In this document: one piece after another, positions 9,585 through 21,551 of the stretch | Position numbering within the stretch: position 1 is the first letter of the stretch | Layout of the letters: each line of letters opens with the position of its first letter | From: Akkermansia sp. | GTDB taxonomy: Bacteria > Verrucomicrobiota > Verrucomicrobiia > Verrucomicrobiales > Akkermansiaceae | NCBI GenBank assembly: GCA_017472085.1 | Contig: JAFUQZ010000084.1 | Coordinates: 424-64,423 of the forward strand | Reading direction: 5' to 3' | Length of the DNA: 64,000 nucleotides | Position numbers and translations under genes: made by a program | Notes under the pieces: model-generated | The model's database searches: none | What the model was told of the DNA's origin: nothing | Seen by the model: only the letters and a program-made list of their open reading frames with translations

Positions 9585-10238
9585 ATGCTTAAGGCAGTCT
9601 TATTCGATATGGATGGTACGCTGGGGGATACGCTTCCGCTGTGTGTGGAGTCGTATCGCACCTGTGTGGAGGAGTTGGGGCATTCCAAGCCCTCTGCAGA
9701 GAAAGTCGTCAGCTTTTTCGGGCTGAATGACAGCGGGGTGCTGGCCGGATTGCTGGGCATGGCGCCGGATGATCCGGCGTTGCCGATAGGGCGTTTTGTG
9801 GAGGTTTATGAGCGCTTGCATCCTGCGCTGGCGCCGGCTCCCTTTCCCGGGGCGGTGGAGATGCTGCAGGCGGTGAAGGCAGCGGGCATCCGCATCGGCA
9901 TCATCAGCGGCAAGGAACATTTTACGGGCAATCCGACCATCCGTTATTTCGGGCTGGAGGAGTTTGTGGAATGGCGAGGATTCGGTCTGGCCACGCATAA
10001 CTGCAAGCACGAGCGATTGGAGCAGGTGATGCAGGAATGGAATCTGCGCCCGGAGGAACTGGTGTATGTGGGTGATGCTCCCTCGGATATTGAGCTGAGC
10101 CACCGTGTGGGAGTCCGCATCATCAATGCGGCCTGGGCCTCCACGGCGGCACAGGAGGAGGCTGCCTGTCTGGCGCTGAAGCCGGACTGGCGATTGACCC
10201 GTTTTGATGAATTACTTCCCCTGATATTGAGTTTATGA
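9585..10238 (+). CDS. HAD-family phosphatase (phosphoglycolate phosphatase-like)
   Basis: Motif I LFDMDGTLGDT, motif II IISGK, motif IV YVGDAPSD. Confidence 0.9.
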   Translation: MLKAVLFDMDGTLGDTLPLCVESYRTCVEELGHSKPSAEKVVSFFGLNDSGVLAGLLGMAPDDPALPIGRFVEVYERLHPALAPAPFPGAVEMLQAVKAAGIRIGIISGKEHFTGNPTIRYFGLEEFVEWRGFGLATHNCKHERLEQVMQEWNLRPEELVYVGDAPSDIELSHRVGVRIINAAWASTAAQEEAACLALKPDWRLTRFDELLPLILSL

Positions 10239-13129
10239 TGACAACTGACAAAGCAATGACAGTGGCAGCTGTACTGGCTGCCGTGCCGGCTTTGGTTGCC
10301 ACGGCGACTGAAGAGCAGCGCTGCCCGGTATTCCCCGCGCCGCAGTATTATGAGGTGTCTGCCCAACAGACGGTGAAAGCCGGAACGGTCACCGTGCAGG
10401 TGCGCACGCCGGAGTCTGCCGGCGGACTTTGGGACAGACTTCCCGCCGGAGTGGAGGGCGGTTATGCCATCAGTATTTCTCCGGAGGGGGCGGTACAGGT
10501 GGTGGCCAACGATGCAGCGGGTGTGTTCTATGCCAAGCAGACGCTCTCGCAGATGCTCATCAAGGTGCCCGGTGCCCGCACGGCTCAGGAAGACCCCTTC
10601 CCGGAGCTGACTCTGGAGCAGGTCGCGACTCTGGGAGAATTGCCCGTTGGTACGGTGGCAGACTGGCCCAGCCTGCGCTATCGCGGCGCGGTGGAGGGGT
10701 ACTACGGTATTCCGTGGAGCTATGAAGGCCGCCGCTCGCTGTTTGATTTTTATGGGCGGAACAAGATGAACATCTACATCTACGCGCCCAAGGACGACCC
10801 CTTGCACCACGGCAAGGGCTGCTATGAGCCCTACCCGGAAGCCAAGGCGCATGAGCTGGCTGCACTGGTGCAGCATGCACGCCGCAACCACGTCCGCTTT
10901 GTCTGGGCCATCCATCCCGCCAATACGGTGAAATGGGAGGAAAACGAGGGCCGTAATCAGCTGGATGCCCTCTGCACGAAGCTGCAGTGGATGTATGAGC
11001 TGGGGGTGCGTGACTTTGCGGTACTGGTGGATGATTCCTTCGGCGAAATCGGCAAGGCCTCCCGCCAGGTGCAGCTCTGCAATTATATCCTGGAGAACTT
11101 CATCCGCAGGCATCCGGATGTGAACCAGGAGCTCATCATGTGCCCCACCGGCTACAACAAGAGCTGGGCCAGCCCCTCGGAGCTGGAGACGCTGGGGGAC
11201 GGGCTGGACAGGGATATCCACATCATGTGGACGGGCAATACTGTGGTAAATGACATCACCATGGAGGGGCAGAAATGGGTGAATGCCCACACCCGCCGCC
11301 CCACCTTCATCTGGTGGAACTGGCCCTGCAACGATATGAAACCCTCCCGCCTCTCCATGGGCCGCACCTATGGCCTGGAGCAGACGCCCGGCATGGAAAA
11401 GGAAATGAGCGGTTTTGTTGCCAATCCCATGGAGCGGCCGGAGGCCAACAAGGTGGGGATGTTCGGGGTGGCTGCCTACACCTGGAATATTCCGGCATTT
11501 GATTCCGAGCCCACCTGGCGAGAAGGCATTCGCCGTCTTTATCCGCAGTGTGCAGAGGCTATGCAGGTGTTTTGCGAGCACAATGCTGATTTGCTGCCCA
11601 ATAATCACGGCTACGCCCGTGAAGAATCGGTGAGCCTGCAACCGCTTGCCGCACGTTTCCGGGCAGAGCTGGCAGACGGCGCGCCGACGCCGGAAACTGC
11701 CTCAAGGATGAGTGATGAGTTTGCCGCCATTGCAGCCGCCGGGCACAATCTGATTCAGGCGCGTGGAATGCAAGCCCTTCAGAGCGAGATCGCCCCCTGG
11801 TTGCGCGCCTTTGCCCTGACCGGTCAGGCGGGGGTAGAGGTGATTCGCGCCATGCGGGCAGAGCGTTTCCAGGAGCGGCTGAGCACCACATTGCATGTGG
11901 TGGATGCTCTCAATGAGATGTCGCTGCTCTATCGCGACACCTGGCAGGATAACGCCGTGGCTCAGGTGCAGGATGTGCAGGTGGGCTCCGCCGCTGTGAC
12001 CCCGGCGCTGCGCTCGGCCTTCAACTATGTGAATGCCGCCATCCTTTCCGAGCTCGCCGGGCGCAATATCCGCACGATGCTGCCTGCTTTCAGTTGCAAG
12101 GGGGGAGATGCTTCCGTGAACGCTGCCAATGTGGGCGATGGTAACCTGAACTCCCTCTGGGAATCCGGGCAGCCGCAGCAGGCGGGCGATTGGTATTGCC
12201 TGGATTTGGGCGAGCTGACCCCGGTGAGCACCATCAACCTGCGTATGGGGGGCAACACCCGCCGCAGCTGGGTGCCTCAGGCCGGGCAGATGGAGTACTC
12301 TGCCGATGGCCAGACCTGGAGTCCGCTGGGTGAACCGGTGCATGGCCCGAAGGTAACCATCGACCGCCGGGCAGAGCCGGTCATGGCCCGCATGGTGCGC
12401 TACCGCGTGGTGCAGCCGACGGAAAAACGCCCGCTGGCCATTTGCGAGTTCACCGTCAACCGCCCGCTCCCGGCCTTGCTTTCCACCTCTATCCAGGGAC
12501 TCACCGGCATCTATGCCTATAACGATGAGACCTCCATCGGCCTGAGCCGCAAGATGGAAGTGGTGACGGCAGACCCCGGCAGCTATCTGAACCTCAATCT
12601 GCCCATCCCTGCCTATGCCACCTCCTTTGCCATGGATTTGGATGACTCTACGGCCGCGCAGTGGTGCCGGCTGGAGCTGACCCTGGAGGATGGTTCTGTG
12701 GTGACGCCAAAGCTGACCCGTGTGTATGAAAACTACTTCGTGATTGAGAAGGAAAACATGCCCACGCAGGGGATTCGCAATATCCGCCTGCTCAATGCCT
12801 GCGGAGAGCCGAAGCAGATTCGTCTCAATTCCTTTGCCATTCGCCTGCCGTATGTGACGCCTGATACGGACGTTCACCGCCTGACGGATGGTGACATTTC
12901 CACCGCATACAACTGCGGCAAGGCTGCGCTGAGCACGGAGTTGGATGTTCCCGTCGGTGCGACCCGCATCTCTGTGGTAACGACGGCTGACTGTACTGTC
13001 AGCCATGCCAGACCCATCGGGCATATGGATGGGCTCATGACCTTTGAGCTGCAGCCCGGCATCGAAAAGGTGACCCTGGAGGCTGCACGCCAGCCCGGTA
13101 TGCGGGTGTATGAGGTCATCTTCCGCTGA
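10235..13129 (+). CDS. GH84 beta-N-acetylglucosaminidase with N-terminal GH20b-like domain and F5/8 type C (CBM32-like) module
   Basis: RGAVEGYYGIPWS, YIYAPKDDPLH, catalytic VLVDD, WWNWPCND; signal peptide; GDGNLNSLW..WYCLDLG discoidin motif; ATGA overlap with HAD gene. Confidence 0.92.
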   Translation: MMTTDKAMTVAAVLAAVPALVATATEEQRCPVFPAPQYYEVSAQQTVKAGTVTVQVRTPESAGGLWDRLPAGVEGGYAISISPEGAVQVVANDAAGVFYAKQTLSQMLIKVPGARTAQEDPFPELTLEQVATLGELPVGTVADWPSLRYRGAVEGYYGIPWSYEGRRSLFDFYGRNKMNIYIYAPKDDPLHHGKGCYEPYPEAKAHELAALVQHARRNHVRFVWAIHPANTVKWEENEGRNQLDALCTKLQWMYELGVRDFAVLVDDSFGEIGKASRQVQLCNYILENFIRRHPDVNQELIMCPTGYNKSWASPSELETLGDGLDRDIHIMWTGNTVVNDITMEGQKWVNAHTRRPTFIWWNWPCNDMKPSRLSMGRTYGLEQTPGMEKEMSGFVANPMERPEANKVGMFGVAAYTWNIPAFDSEPTWREGIRRLYPQCAEAMQVFCEHNADLLPNNHGYAREESVSLQPLAARFRAELADGAPTPETASRMSDEFAAIAAAGHNLIQARGMQALQSEIAPWLRAFALTGQAGVEVIRAMRAERFQERLSTTLHVVDALNEMSLLYRDTWQDNAVAQVQDVQVGSAAVTPALRSAFNYVNAAILSELAGRNIRTMLPAFSCKGGDASVNAANVGDGNLNSLWESGQPQQAGDWYCLDLGELTPVSTINLRMGGNTRRSWVPQAGQMEYSADGQTWSPLGEPVHGPKVTIDRRAEPVMARMVRYRVVQPTEKRPLAICEFTVNRPLPALLSTSIQGLTGIYAYNDETSIGLSRKMEVVTADPGSYLNLNLPIPAYATSFAMDLDDSTAAQWCRLELTLEDGSVVTPKLTRVYENYFVIEKENMPTQGIRNIRLLNACGEPKQIRLNSFAIRLPYVTPDTDVHRLTDGDISTAYNCGKAALSTELDVPVGATRISVVTTADCTVSHARPIGHMDGLMTFELQPGIEKVTLEAARQPGMRVYEVIFR

Positions 13130-13155
13130 TTCCTCCCGCTGCAATGATTTGACTG

Positions 13156-13284
13156 CAACCGCCCGCACATCGTTATCCGGTGTGCGGGCAGTTGCTTGCA
13201 GGGCGCGGTGCGGAGCAGTCCGTTTCCCGCCCGCAGGCGGGCAGGGGAACAGTAAGGGAGGGGCAACCGTGGCTGCCCCTCCCC
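13156..13284. repeat. Three GC-rich hairpins between convergent genes (terminator/REP-like)
   Basis: GCAACCGCCCGCACATCG..CGGTGTGCGGGCAGTTGC; CCCGCC-cgca-GGCGGG; GGAGGGGCAACC..GGCTGCCCCTCC. Confidence 0.6.
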
Positions 13285-13313
13285 CGAAGTGTTGTTGAGA
13301 TTCCCGGATGGAA

Positions 13314-13820
13314 TTACTGCGCGAGCGTGTCGGTAATCTCTGCGATGTAGAGAACGTGCATGGGGTTGTTCTCATCGTACCACTGGGGGGCGACTTCGGA
13401 GAAATCAAGGAAGTCTGCCTCTTTCAGCGTGGTTTGGAACATGGTGCGGCATTCCAGCACCAGTTCGGCCTCCTCAAAAGCCACACAGCCGGCAGCGGTG
13501 GTCATGGGTTTGAGTGAGGTGTTGGCCGTCTTGTCCACATCGCGCCCGGAGTTGCGGCCGCAGAAGATTAAATCCTGGCGGTACTTCTCCGGCATGAAGG
13601 AGAGAGTGAACTTCTTCTGCTCGTTGATGAAGCCGGCAGTATGGCGGTTGGTGCGCACAAAGACATAGGCAACCGGGCGATTCCAGAGGAATCCCAGACC
13701 GCCCCAGCTGGCGGTCATGGTGTTGAACTTGTCCGGCGTGCCGGCGGTGATGAGCATCCACTGCCGTCCGATGAGTTTCGGGGCGGAGATGTCCAGCGTA
13801 TTGATGTCGATGCTTTTCAT
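13314..13820 (-). CDS. Flavin reductase-like family protein
   Basis: WMLITAG..FNTMTASWGG..VFVR..RHT and LVLECR motifs. Confidence 0.85.
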   Translation of the reverse strand: MKSIDINTLDISAPKLIGRQWMLITAGTPDKFNTMTASWGGLGFLWNRPVAYVFVRTNRHTAGFINEQKKFTLSFMPEKYRQDLIFCGRNSGRDVDKTANTSLKPMTTAAGCVAFEEAELVLECRTMFQTTLKEADFLDFSEVAPQWYDENNPMHVLYIAEITDTLAQ

Positions 13821-13829
13821 GATGCCTTA

Positions 13830-16547
<2,718 letters not shown>

Positions 16548-16686
16548 GGTGTGCCGTAGCGTTGTTATTTGACGAAACTTGACTGAAATACGCGCGGAGT
16601 ATACACCCTGGGCGCGTAAAAGCAAGCTAAAAAGAGCTGATAGTGCGGCGAATCCAAAAAAAACAGGCGATTTGAGCAGATTAGGC

Positions 16687-16715
16687 TTGCAAAATGGTCG
16701 GCGGCGTAGTAGTCT
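16687..16715 (+). promoter_or_regulatory. guaB promoter TTGCAA-17-TAGTCT, 5 nt before ATG
   Basis: Counted directly from the sequence. Confidence 0.7.
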
Positions 16716-16720
16716 CCGCT

Positions 16721-18175
16721 ATGGCAGAAATTCAGCTTGGACTTACATTTGACGACGTGCTCCTGCTTCCTTGCCTGAGCACGATTCTTCCCGGCGAGGC
16801 CGACCCCTGTTCTCAGCTTTGTGAGGGCTTTCCTCTTCGCCTGCCCATTCTTTCCGCACCCATGGACACGGTGACGGAGGTGGATATGGCCATAGCCATG
16901 GCTCGTGAAGGCGGCCTTGGCGTCATTCACCGCAACAACCGCATCGATGACCAGGCCGCCATGGTGGCCAAGGTGAAGCGCTTTGAAAACGCCGTCATCA
17001 CCAAGCCCCTCACCGTGACGAGCGACATGAGTCTCAGCCGTGTGAAGGGTATCATGCTTGACCATGGTTTCTCCGGCCTGCCCGTGGTGGCAGAGGGGAA
17101 TCTGCTGGTGGGTATCATCACCGGCCGTGATATGCGCGTGGTGGATGGTCATGACCTGGACAAACTGACGGTGGCAGATGTGATGACCCCCATGAGCCGC
17201 CTCATCACCGGTACTCCCTCCACCACTCAGGAGGAAGCCCGCAAGATTCTCTTTTCCAACCGCATCGAGAAGCTCCCCCTTATCGATGATAACGGCTGCC
17301 TGGTCGGTCTGATTACCGATACGGACATCCGCAAGCGCGAGGCTTTCCAGGAATCCACGAAGGATGACATGGGCCGTCTGCGCTGCGGTGCTGCCGTGGG
17401 CCCCGGTCCGGAGTTCATGGCTCGCGCACAGGCGGTGGTGGATGCCGGGGCAGATGCCCTGTTCATTGATGCCGCTACCGGTCACACCAGCCGTGTGCTG
17501 CATGTGATTGAGAAGCTCCGTGAGCTGGGCAAGCCCGTGGTGGCCGGTAACGTGGTCACGCAGGACGGTGCCCGCGACCTCATTTCTGCCGGCGCCAGCG
17601 CCATCAAGGTGGGCGTGGGCCCCGGTTCCATCTGCACCACCCGCATCATCTCCGGTGTGGGTATGCCCCAGTTCTCCGCCATCCAGGAGGTGGCCAAGGT
17701 GGCCCGCCCCGCCGGGGTCACCGTGATTGCCGACGGCGGTATCCGCTATTCCGGCGATGCCGTGAAGGCTCTTGCCGCCGGTGCAGACCTCATCATGATG
17801 GGTGGCATGCTGGCCGGTTGTGAGGAAAGCCCCGGTGCCGTGGTGCACTATCAGGGTCGCAACTTCAAGACCTACCGCGGCATGGGTTCTCTGGGCGCCA
17901 TGCGTGCCGGCTCCGGCGACCGCTACGGTCAGAACGGCAGCGGCAAGCTTGTGGCCGAGGGTGTGGAAGCCCGTGTGCCCTACAAGGGTATGCTGGCCGA
18001 TGTTATCTTCCAGCTGGTGGGAGGTCTGCGCTCCGGCATGGGCTATCTGGGTGCCAAGAGCCTCCAGGAACTCCGCGACCACGCCCGCTTCGTCCGCATC
18101 ACCGCCGGTGGCCTTCAGGAAAGCCACCCGCACGATGTCACCATCACCCAGGATCCGGGTAACTACACCCGCTAA
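16721..18175 (+). CDS. guaB: IMP dehydrogenase with CBS subdomain
   Basis: [19 protein letters not shown], catalytic [32 protein letters not shown]. Confidence 0.98.
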   Translation: MAEIQLGLTFDDVLLLPCLSTILPGEADPCSQLCEGFPLRLPILSAPMDTVTEVDMAIAMAREGGLGVIHRNNRIDDQAAMVAKVKRFENAVITKPLTVTSDMSLSRVKGIMLDHGFSGLPVVAEGNLLVGIITGRDMRVVDGHDLDKLTVADVMTPMSRLITGTPSTTQEEARKILFSNRIEKLPLIDDNGCLVGLITDTDIRKREAFQESTKDDMGRLRCGAAVGPGPEFMARAQAVVDAGADALFIDAATGHTSRVLHVIEKLRELGKPVVAGNVVTQDGARDLISAGASAIKVGVGPGSICTTRIISGVGMPQFSAIQEVAKVARPAGVTVIADGGIRYSGDAVKALAAGADLIMMGGMLAGCEESPGAVVHYQGRNFKTYRGMGSLGAMRAGSGDRYGQNGSGKLVAEGVEARVPYKGMLADVIFQLVGGLRSGMGYLGAKSLQELRDHARFVRITAGGLQESHPHDVTITQDPGNYTR

Positions 18176-18204
18176 TCCTCCGGCGATACTTATTTCTCAT
18201 CCCC

Positions 18205-18241
18205 GGGCTGCCGTTCCGCAAGGTTTCGGCAGCCCTTTTTT
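18205..18241 (+). terminator. Rho-independent terminator of guaB
   Basis: GGGCTGCCG / CGGCAGCCC stem followed by T6. Confidence 0.85.
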
Positions 18242-18274
18242 CGTGGCCCGAAAGCGCAGAATTGTGCAAATTAA

Positions 18275-18401
18275 GGAAAATATAATGGAATATAGTGAAA
18301 ATCTCTTATATGGCGCTATATTGTATTATATCTTTCTATAGAAGTGAGAAAATGGGCGAAAAACAGGCCGTATAAGGAAAATCTCATATACGGCCTTATA
18401 T
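18275..18401. repeat. Left phased TATA array (module plus partial second module) at the 3' end of the AAA+ gene; includes AGGCCGTATA/TATACGGCCT inverted repeat (possible terminator)
   Basis: TATA at 18281, 18291, 18307, 18317, 18327, 18337, 18371, 18387, 18397. Confidence 0.85.
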
Positions 18402-19577
18402 TTACTGACAGGTGTTTTTCTCTGTCCTGTTAAGGAACTCTCCGAATAAGGGGACACTGTAGTCGATGAAACCGTGTCGTGGGCTGAATATCATGCCTTT
18501 GCGGATGAGACTGGCACGTATGGGGGTGGCTGCAGACGGCTTCATGTTCAGTTTTTCTGCCACATCGGCACTTTTACAGGGTGTTGCTCCTGTTGCCATG
18601 GCGTGCAGGAAGCGTTTTTCGCCATCGGTCAGTCGGTCGTATCGAACACGGAAGAAGTTGGTGTCCAGTCGTGCGGTGACGAGTGTTTCCGCTGCTTGAA
18701 CATCGTCTCTGGTCATGTAGGGGTGAGTGGCGACTTTCCAGACCTGATATCCCCATTCCTGCAGGAAATAGGGGAATCCTCGCGTGTGCTGATAAATAGC
18801 ATCCAGCGCATCCTGACTGAAGTCTGCATGTTCCAGGGAGACCGGTTCCTGCAGGGCGCTATCGCATTCTTCTTTGGTGAGTTGACCGATGATGGGATAT
18901 GAGAAGAGCCGCTCGGCGTATGATTTGGCCTCTCCTGCCAGTCGGGGCAGGGTGGGAAGTCCGGCCGCGATAAGGACGAAAGGTGCTTGCTTCTGTTGCA
19001 ATTTGTGCATGGCCATAATCAGACCGGCGAGTTCTTCCTGTCTCAACAGCTGTATCTCGTCAATGAGTAAGGCTACTCCACTATTTTTTGCGCGTGCCGC
19101 TTCGGCCACGGCCAGAAATAAATCCGGCAGGTCAATTTCAGGGTTACCGGAGTCTGCTATGCCGGGCAACGGATCTAATTCTACCCCGAATTCGCCGTAA
19201 TTCAGCTTGAGCGAACCAATGAAATTCCGAAGAATCATTAATCCTCGCTTAATCATTTCTTTGCTGCCTTCGATACGATCCAGCTCAAAGAACAGGTTAC
19301 GCAGAGCCGGTATCAGCTTGTGGCCCATCGTTTGACTTTCCGTTACTTCAAAGAAAATGGTCTTGTAACCCTGCGATTGGGCTTCCTGTTCAATCGCATT
19401 CAGAAGAACGGTTTTCCCTACACCTCTCAGCCCCGTGAGCAGCATGCTCTTTTCCGGCTTTTTGCGAAGCGTTCGCCCCAGAAGAATGCGCGCTTCTTCC
19501 AGTACTGCTTCTCGTCCAACCAGTTCGTGAGGTGGATATCCGGCTCCGGGGGTGAAGGGGTTTTTAATGGGGTCCAT
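18402..19577 (-). CDS. Stand-alone AAA+ ATPase with C-terminal winged helix (archaeal-ATPase/STAND-Orc1-like architecture)
   Basis: NPFTPGAG start, Walker A LTGLRGVGKT, Walker B ALLIDEIQ, AERLF, C-terminal RYDRLTDGEKRFL..SADVAEKLNM..RASLIRKGMIF wHTH; GC visibly lower than guaB. Confidence 0.88.
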   Translation of the reverse strand: MDPIKNPFTPGAGYPPHELVGREAVLEEARILLGRTLRKKPEKSMLLTGLRGVGKTVLLNAIEQEAQSQGYKTIFFEVTESQTMGHKLIPALRNLFFELDRIEGSKEMIKRGLMILRNFIGSLKLNYGEFGVELDPLPGIADSGNPEIDLPDLFLAVAEAARAKNSGVALLIDEIQLLRQEELAGLIMAMHKLQQKQAPFVLIAAGLPTLPRLAGEAKSYAERLFSYPIIGQLTKEECDSALQEPVSLEHADFSQDALDAIYQHTRGFPYFLQEWGYQVWKVATHPYMTRDDVQAAETLVTARLDTNFFRVRYDRLTDGEKRFLHAMATGATPCKSADVAEKLNMKPSAATPIRASLIRKGMIFSPRHGFIDYSVPLFGEFLNRTEKNTCQ

Positions 19578-19597
19578 GGCTTTTATGTAAAAAATAA

Positions 19598-19754
19598 CGA
19601 AATATAAAGAAAGTCAATAAAATTGTCTTATATAGTGCTATATTTCGTTATATTTAGTTATAGAAACCCAAAAAAGAGAGAAATGAGGAAAATATAAGGC
19701 TATATAAAGAAAATGCTATATATGGTCTTATATTTGCTTATATTTTTCTATAGG
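19598..19754. repeat. Right phased TATA arrays (two modules) upstream of the AAA+ gene
   Basis: TATA at 19603, 19629, 19639, 19649, 19659 and 19693, 19703, 19719, 19729, 19739, 19749. Confidence 0.85.
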
Positions 19755-19954
19755 TGTGCAATACGGGGGGATAAAACAGTGCTGCGGTACATCAGTTGCA
19801 TTCCTCCGCGGTATCATTCCGTATGTGCAAACCAAGGTCCTCAGAACAGACTGGGCGGCCGGAGAATGCGGGCGGAACCATTGTGGTCGTTCTGCCGGAT
19901 TCTGCCGACCGCTGTTTTGCCGCCACGGTTTTGCGTGAGCGGGGGTGGGGATAT

Positions 19955-20701
19955 TTACTTTTGCACGCCGCTGAACCCTACCTTCATATTGAGAGGAATG
20001 GTGATGGTGGTGGGGTCTTTGTAAGTGGAGACAATGACACTGACTTCTTTTTCATCGGTGTCAAGGCTGTAGCCTAATGTCATTTCTTTCATGCCGCTCC
20101 ATCGGGTAGTCCCGTTTACCTTGACTTTCTGACCGGATTTAGTTCTGAATCGGATATCGGCCACCCTGGCGTTGTCTTTGTTGGACATGGAGAACTGAAT
20201 ATTTTCATCTTCTTCCCATTCATAGGAAATGTCCAGCCCTTTAATGTTGAGTTTGCCTTTTTCGCCGGATTTAATCGTCTGTGCCGGCTGTTTGGTAGAG
20301 CCTGTGGCTACGGAGGCAGAAAGGTTTCCCTTGATTTCAATCCAATCTCCCTTGGGTTGGGTATCGATGTCGATGGATACAAGTTTATCATCCGAGTTGG
20401 AGAAAATATTATTGCCGGTGCTCCATTCCAGCGCGGCGCCGGAGGCATCGGAAATACGGATATCGCCGGGTTTGATGCTGATGATATTCTGCTTTTGAGG
20501 CGCGTTGAGTTTCCAGGTAATTCGGAGCGCGGGCTGTTCATTGAAGAAGGTGAACATGCTCCCGGTTTTCTGAGCCGGTTCTTTCTTTTCTTCAAATACG
20601 CGAGTAAGAGAGTACAGGGTAGCAGTTGGAGCATCTGCAGCCATGCAGAAACCGGAAATGCTCATCAACAGGGTAATGGATAACAAGGGGAGTTTATTCA
20701 T
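19955..20701 (-). CDS. Secreted hypothetical protein (beta-rich)
   Basis: Start re-assigned to MNKLPLLSITLLMSISGFCMAA (signal peptide); predicted promoter TTGATT-17-TATACT at 20739-20711, 9 nt upstream. Confidence 0.75.
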   Translation of the reverse strand: MNKLPLLSITLLMSISGFCMAADAPTATLYSLTRVFEEKKEPAQKTGSMFTFFNEQPALRITWKLNAPQKQNIISIKPGDIRISDASGAALEWSTGNNIFSNSDDKLVSIDIDTQPKGDWIEIKGNLSASVATGSTKQPAQTIKSGEKGKLNIKGLDISYEWEEDENIQFSMSNKDNARVADIRFRTKSGQKVKVNGTTRWSGMKEMTLGYSLDTDEKEVSVIVSTYKDPTTITIPLNMKVGFSGVQK

Positions 20702-20991
20702 AGCGCGCTCAGTATATCGGTTCTGTAATACAGAATCAAGAAAAAACGTTAGGCTTTGAATTTGTCTTGTAATTGCTAATGCCTTGATTCTGGATGGCAG
20801 TATGAGGAAAGTAATCGGAAAGGTCGTGTATGCCGTGTCATCTGCTCTGAGCGAGGGAATACGGTGTACAGTGGTGATTGGGAGGAATATTACGGCTCCC
20901 GCTGGCAAATTTGGTTCACTCCGAAAGAGGGCGGGGAGCCGCAGTGCGTCAACTCTCAGAATTTCCTCATGATGGGCGGGATGCACTGAGT

Positions 20992-21453
20992 TTAATGTTT
21001 ACAAGAGGAAGTCGGTAAAAAGGAAAACAGAACAAAGGGAATCAGGGTGCCCAGGGCAAGGGGTGCGGTCAGGATAATGCAGCAGAAAAGGGCATGAGGG
21101 AAATTAAACGGCCCGCCCATGTGCAGCATGGTGCGCAGGATGTCCTCGTGAAGAAAGAGCCCTTCCAGAGCCATGAGCGGGCTGATGAGGGCCAGCCAGC
21201 GGCTCAGGTTGCGCAGGAGTCGACTCTGCGGGGTGAATATCAGCCATTGTGCCAGCATGGCGAGGGCCAGCGCCCAGGGCAGGGAAACGACGACCAGCTC
21301 AGGGATGGTGGCTTTTTCCACCAAGGTGGCATGGGTGATGCCGCGGCTTTCCACTTCTGCGGCATAGGTATCAAAGGTCAGCCACTCGGCTACGCAGATG
21401 CCGGCAAAGGCGGTGATGCCGGAGAGGAGTGAGAGCAGAAGCAGTTTTCGCAT
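20992..21453 (-). CDS. Integral membrane protein (about 4 TM)
   Basis: Four hydrophobic segments in a 153-aa ORF. Confidence 0.7.
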   Translation of the reverse strand: MRKLLLLSLLSGITAFAGICVAEWLTFDTYAAEVESRGITHATLVEKATIPELVVVSLPWALALAMLAQWLIFTPQSRLLRNLSRWLALISPLMALEGLFLHEDILRTMLHMGGPFNFPHALFCCIILTAPLALGTLIPFVLFSFLPTSSCKH

Positions 21454-21490
21454 GTGGTATGGATGATAGTTCGGAGAGTTGTGTTGTCAG

Positions 21491-21525
21491 AAAAAATCCC
21501 CGTTGCATCGGGATGCAGCGGGGAT
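21491..21525 (-). terminator. Rho-independent terminator of the nuo operon
   Basis: Minus strand ATCCCCGCTGCATC/GATGCAACGGGGAT stem followed by a T-tract. Confidence 0.85.
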
Positions 21526-21551
21526 GAAATCTCAGAGGATGTCGCGGCGCA

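Noticed and set aside
18263-19761. TGTGCAA as a proven target-site duplication
   Set aside because: Only 7 bp and a third copy occurs at 19824; kept as a hint, needs an empty-site comparison.
20702-20986. N-terminal 95 aa of track ORF 19955..20986
   Set aside because: A signal peptide and a well-spaced promoter place the real start at 20701.
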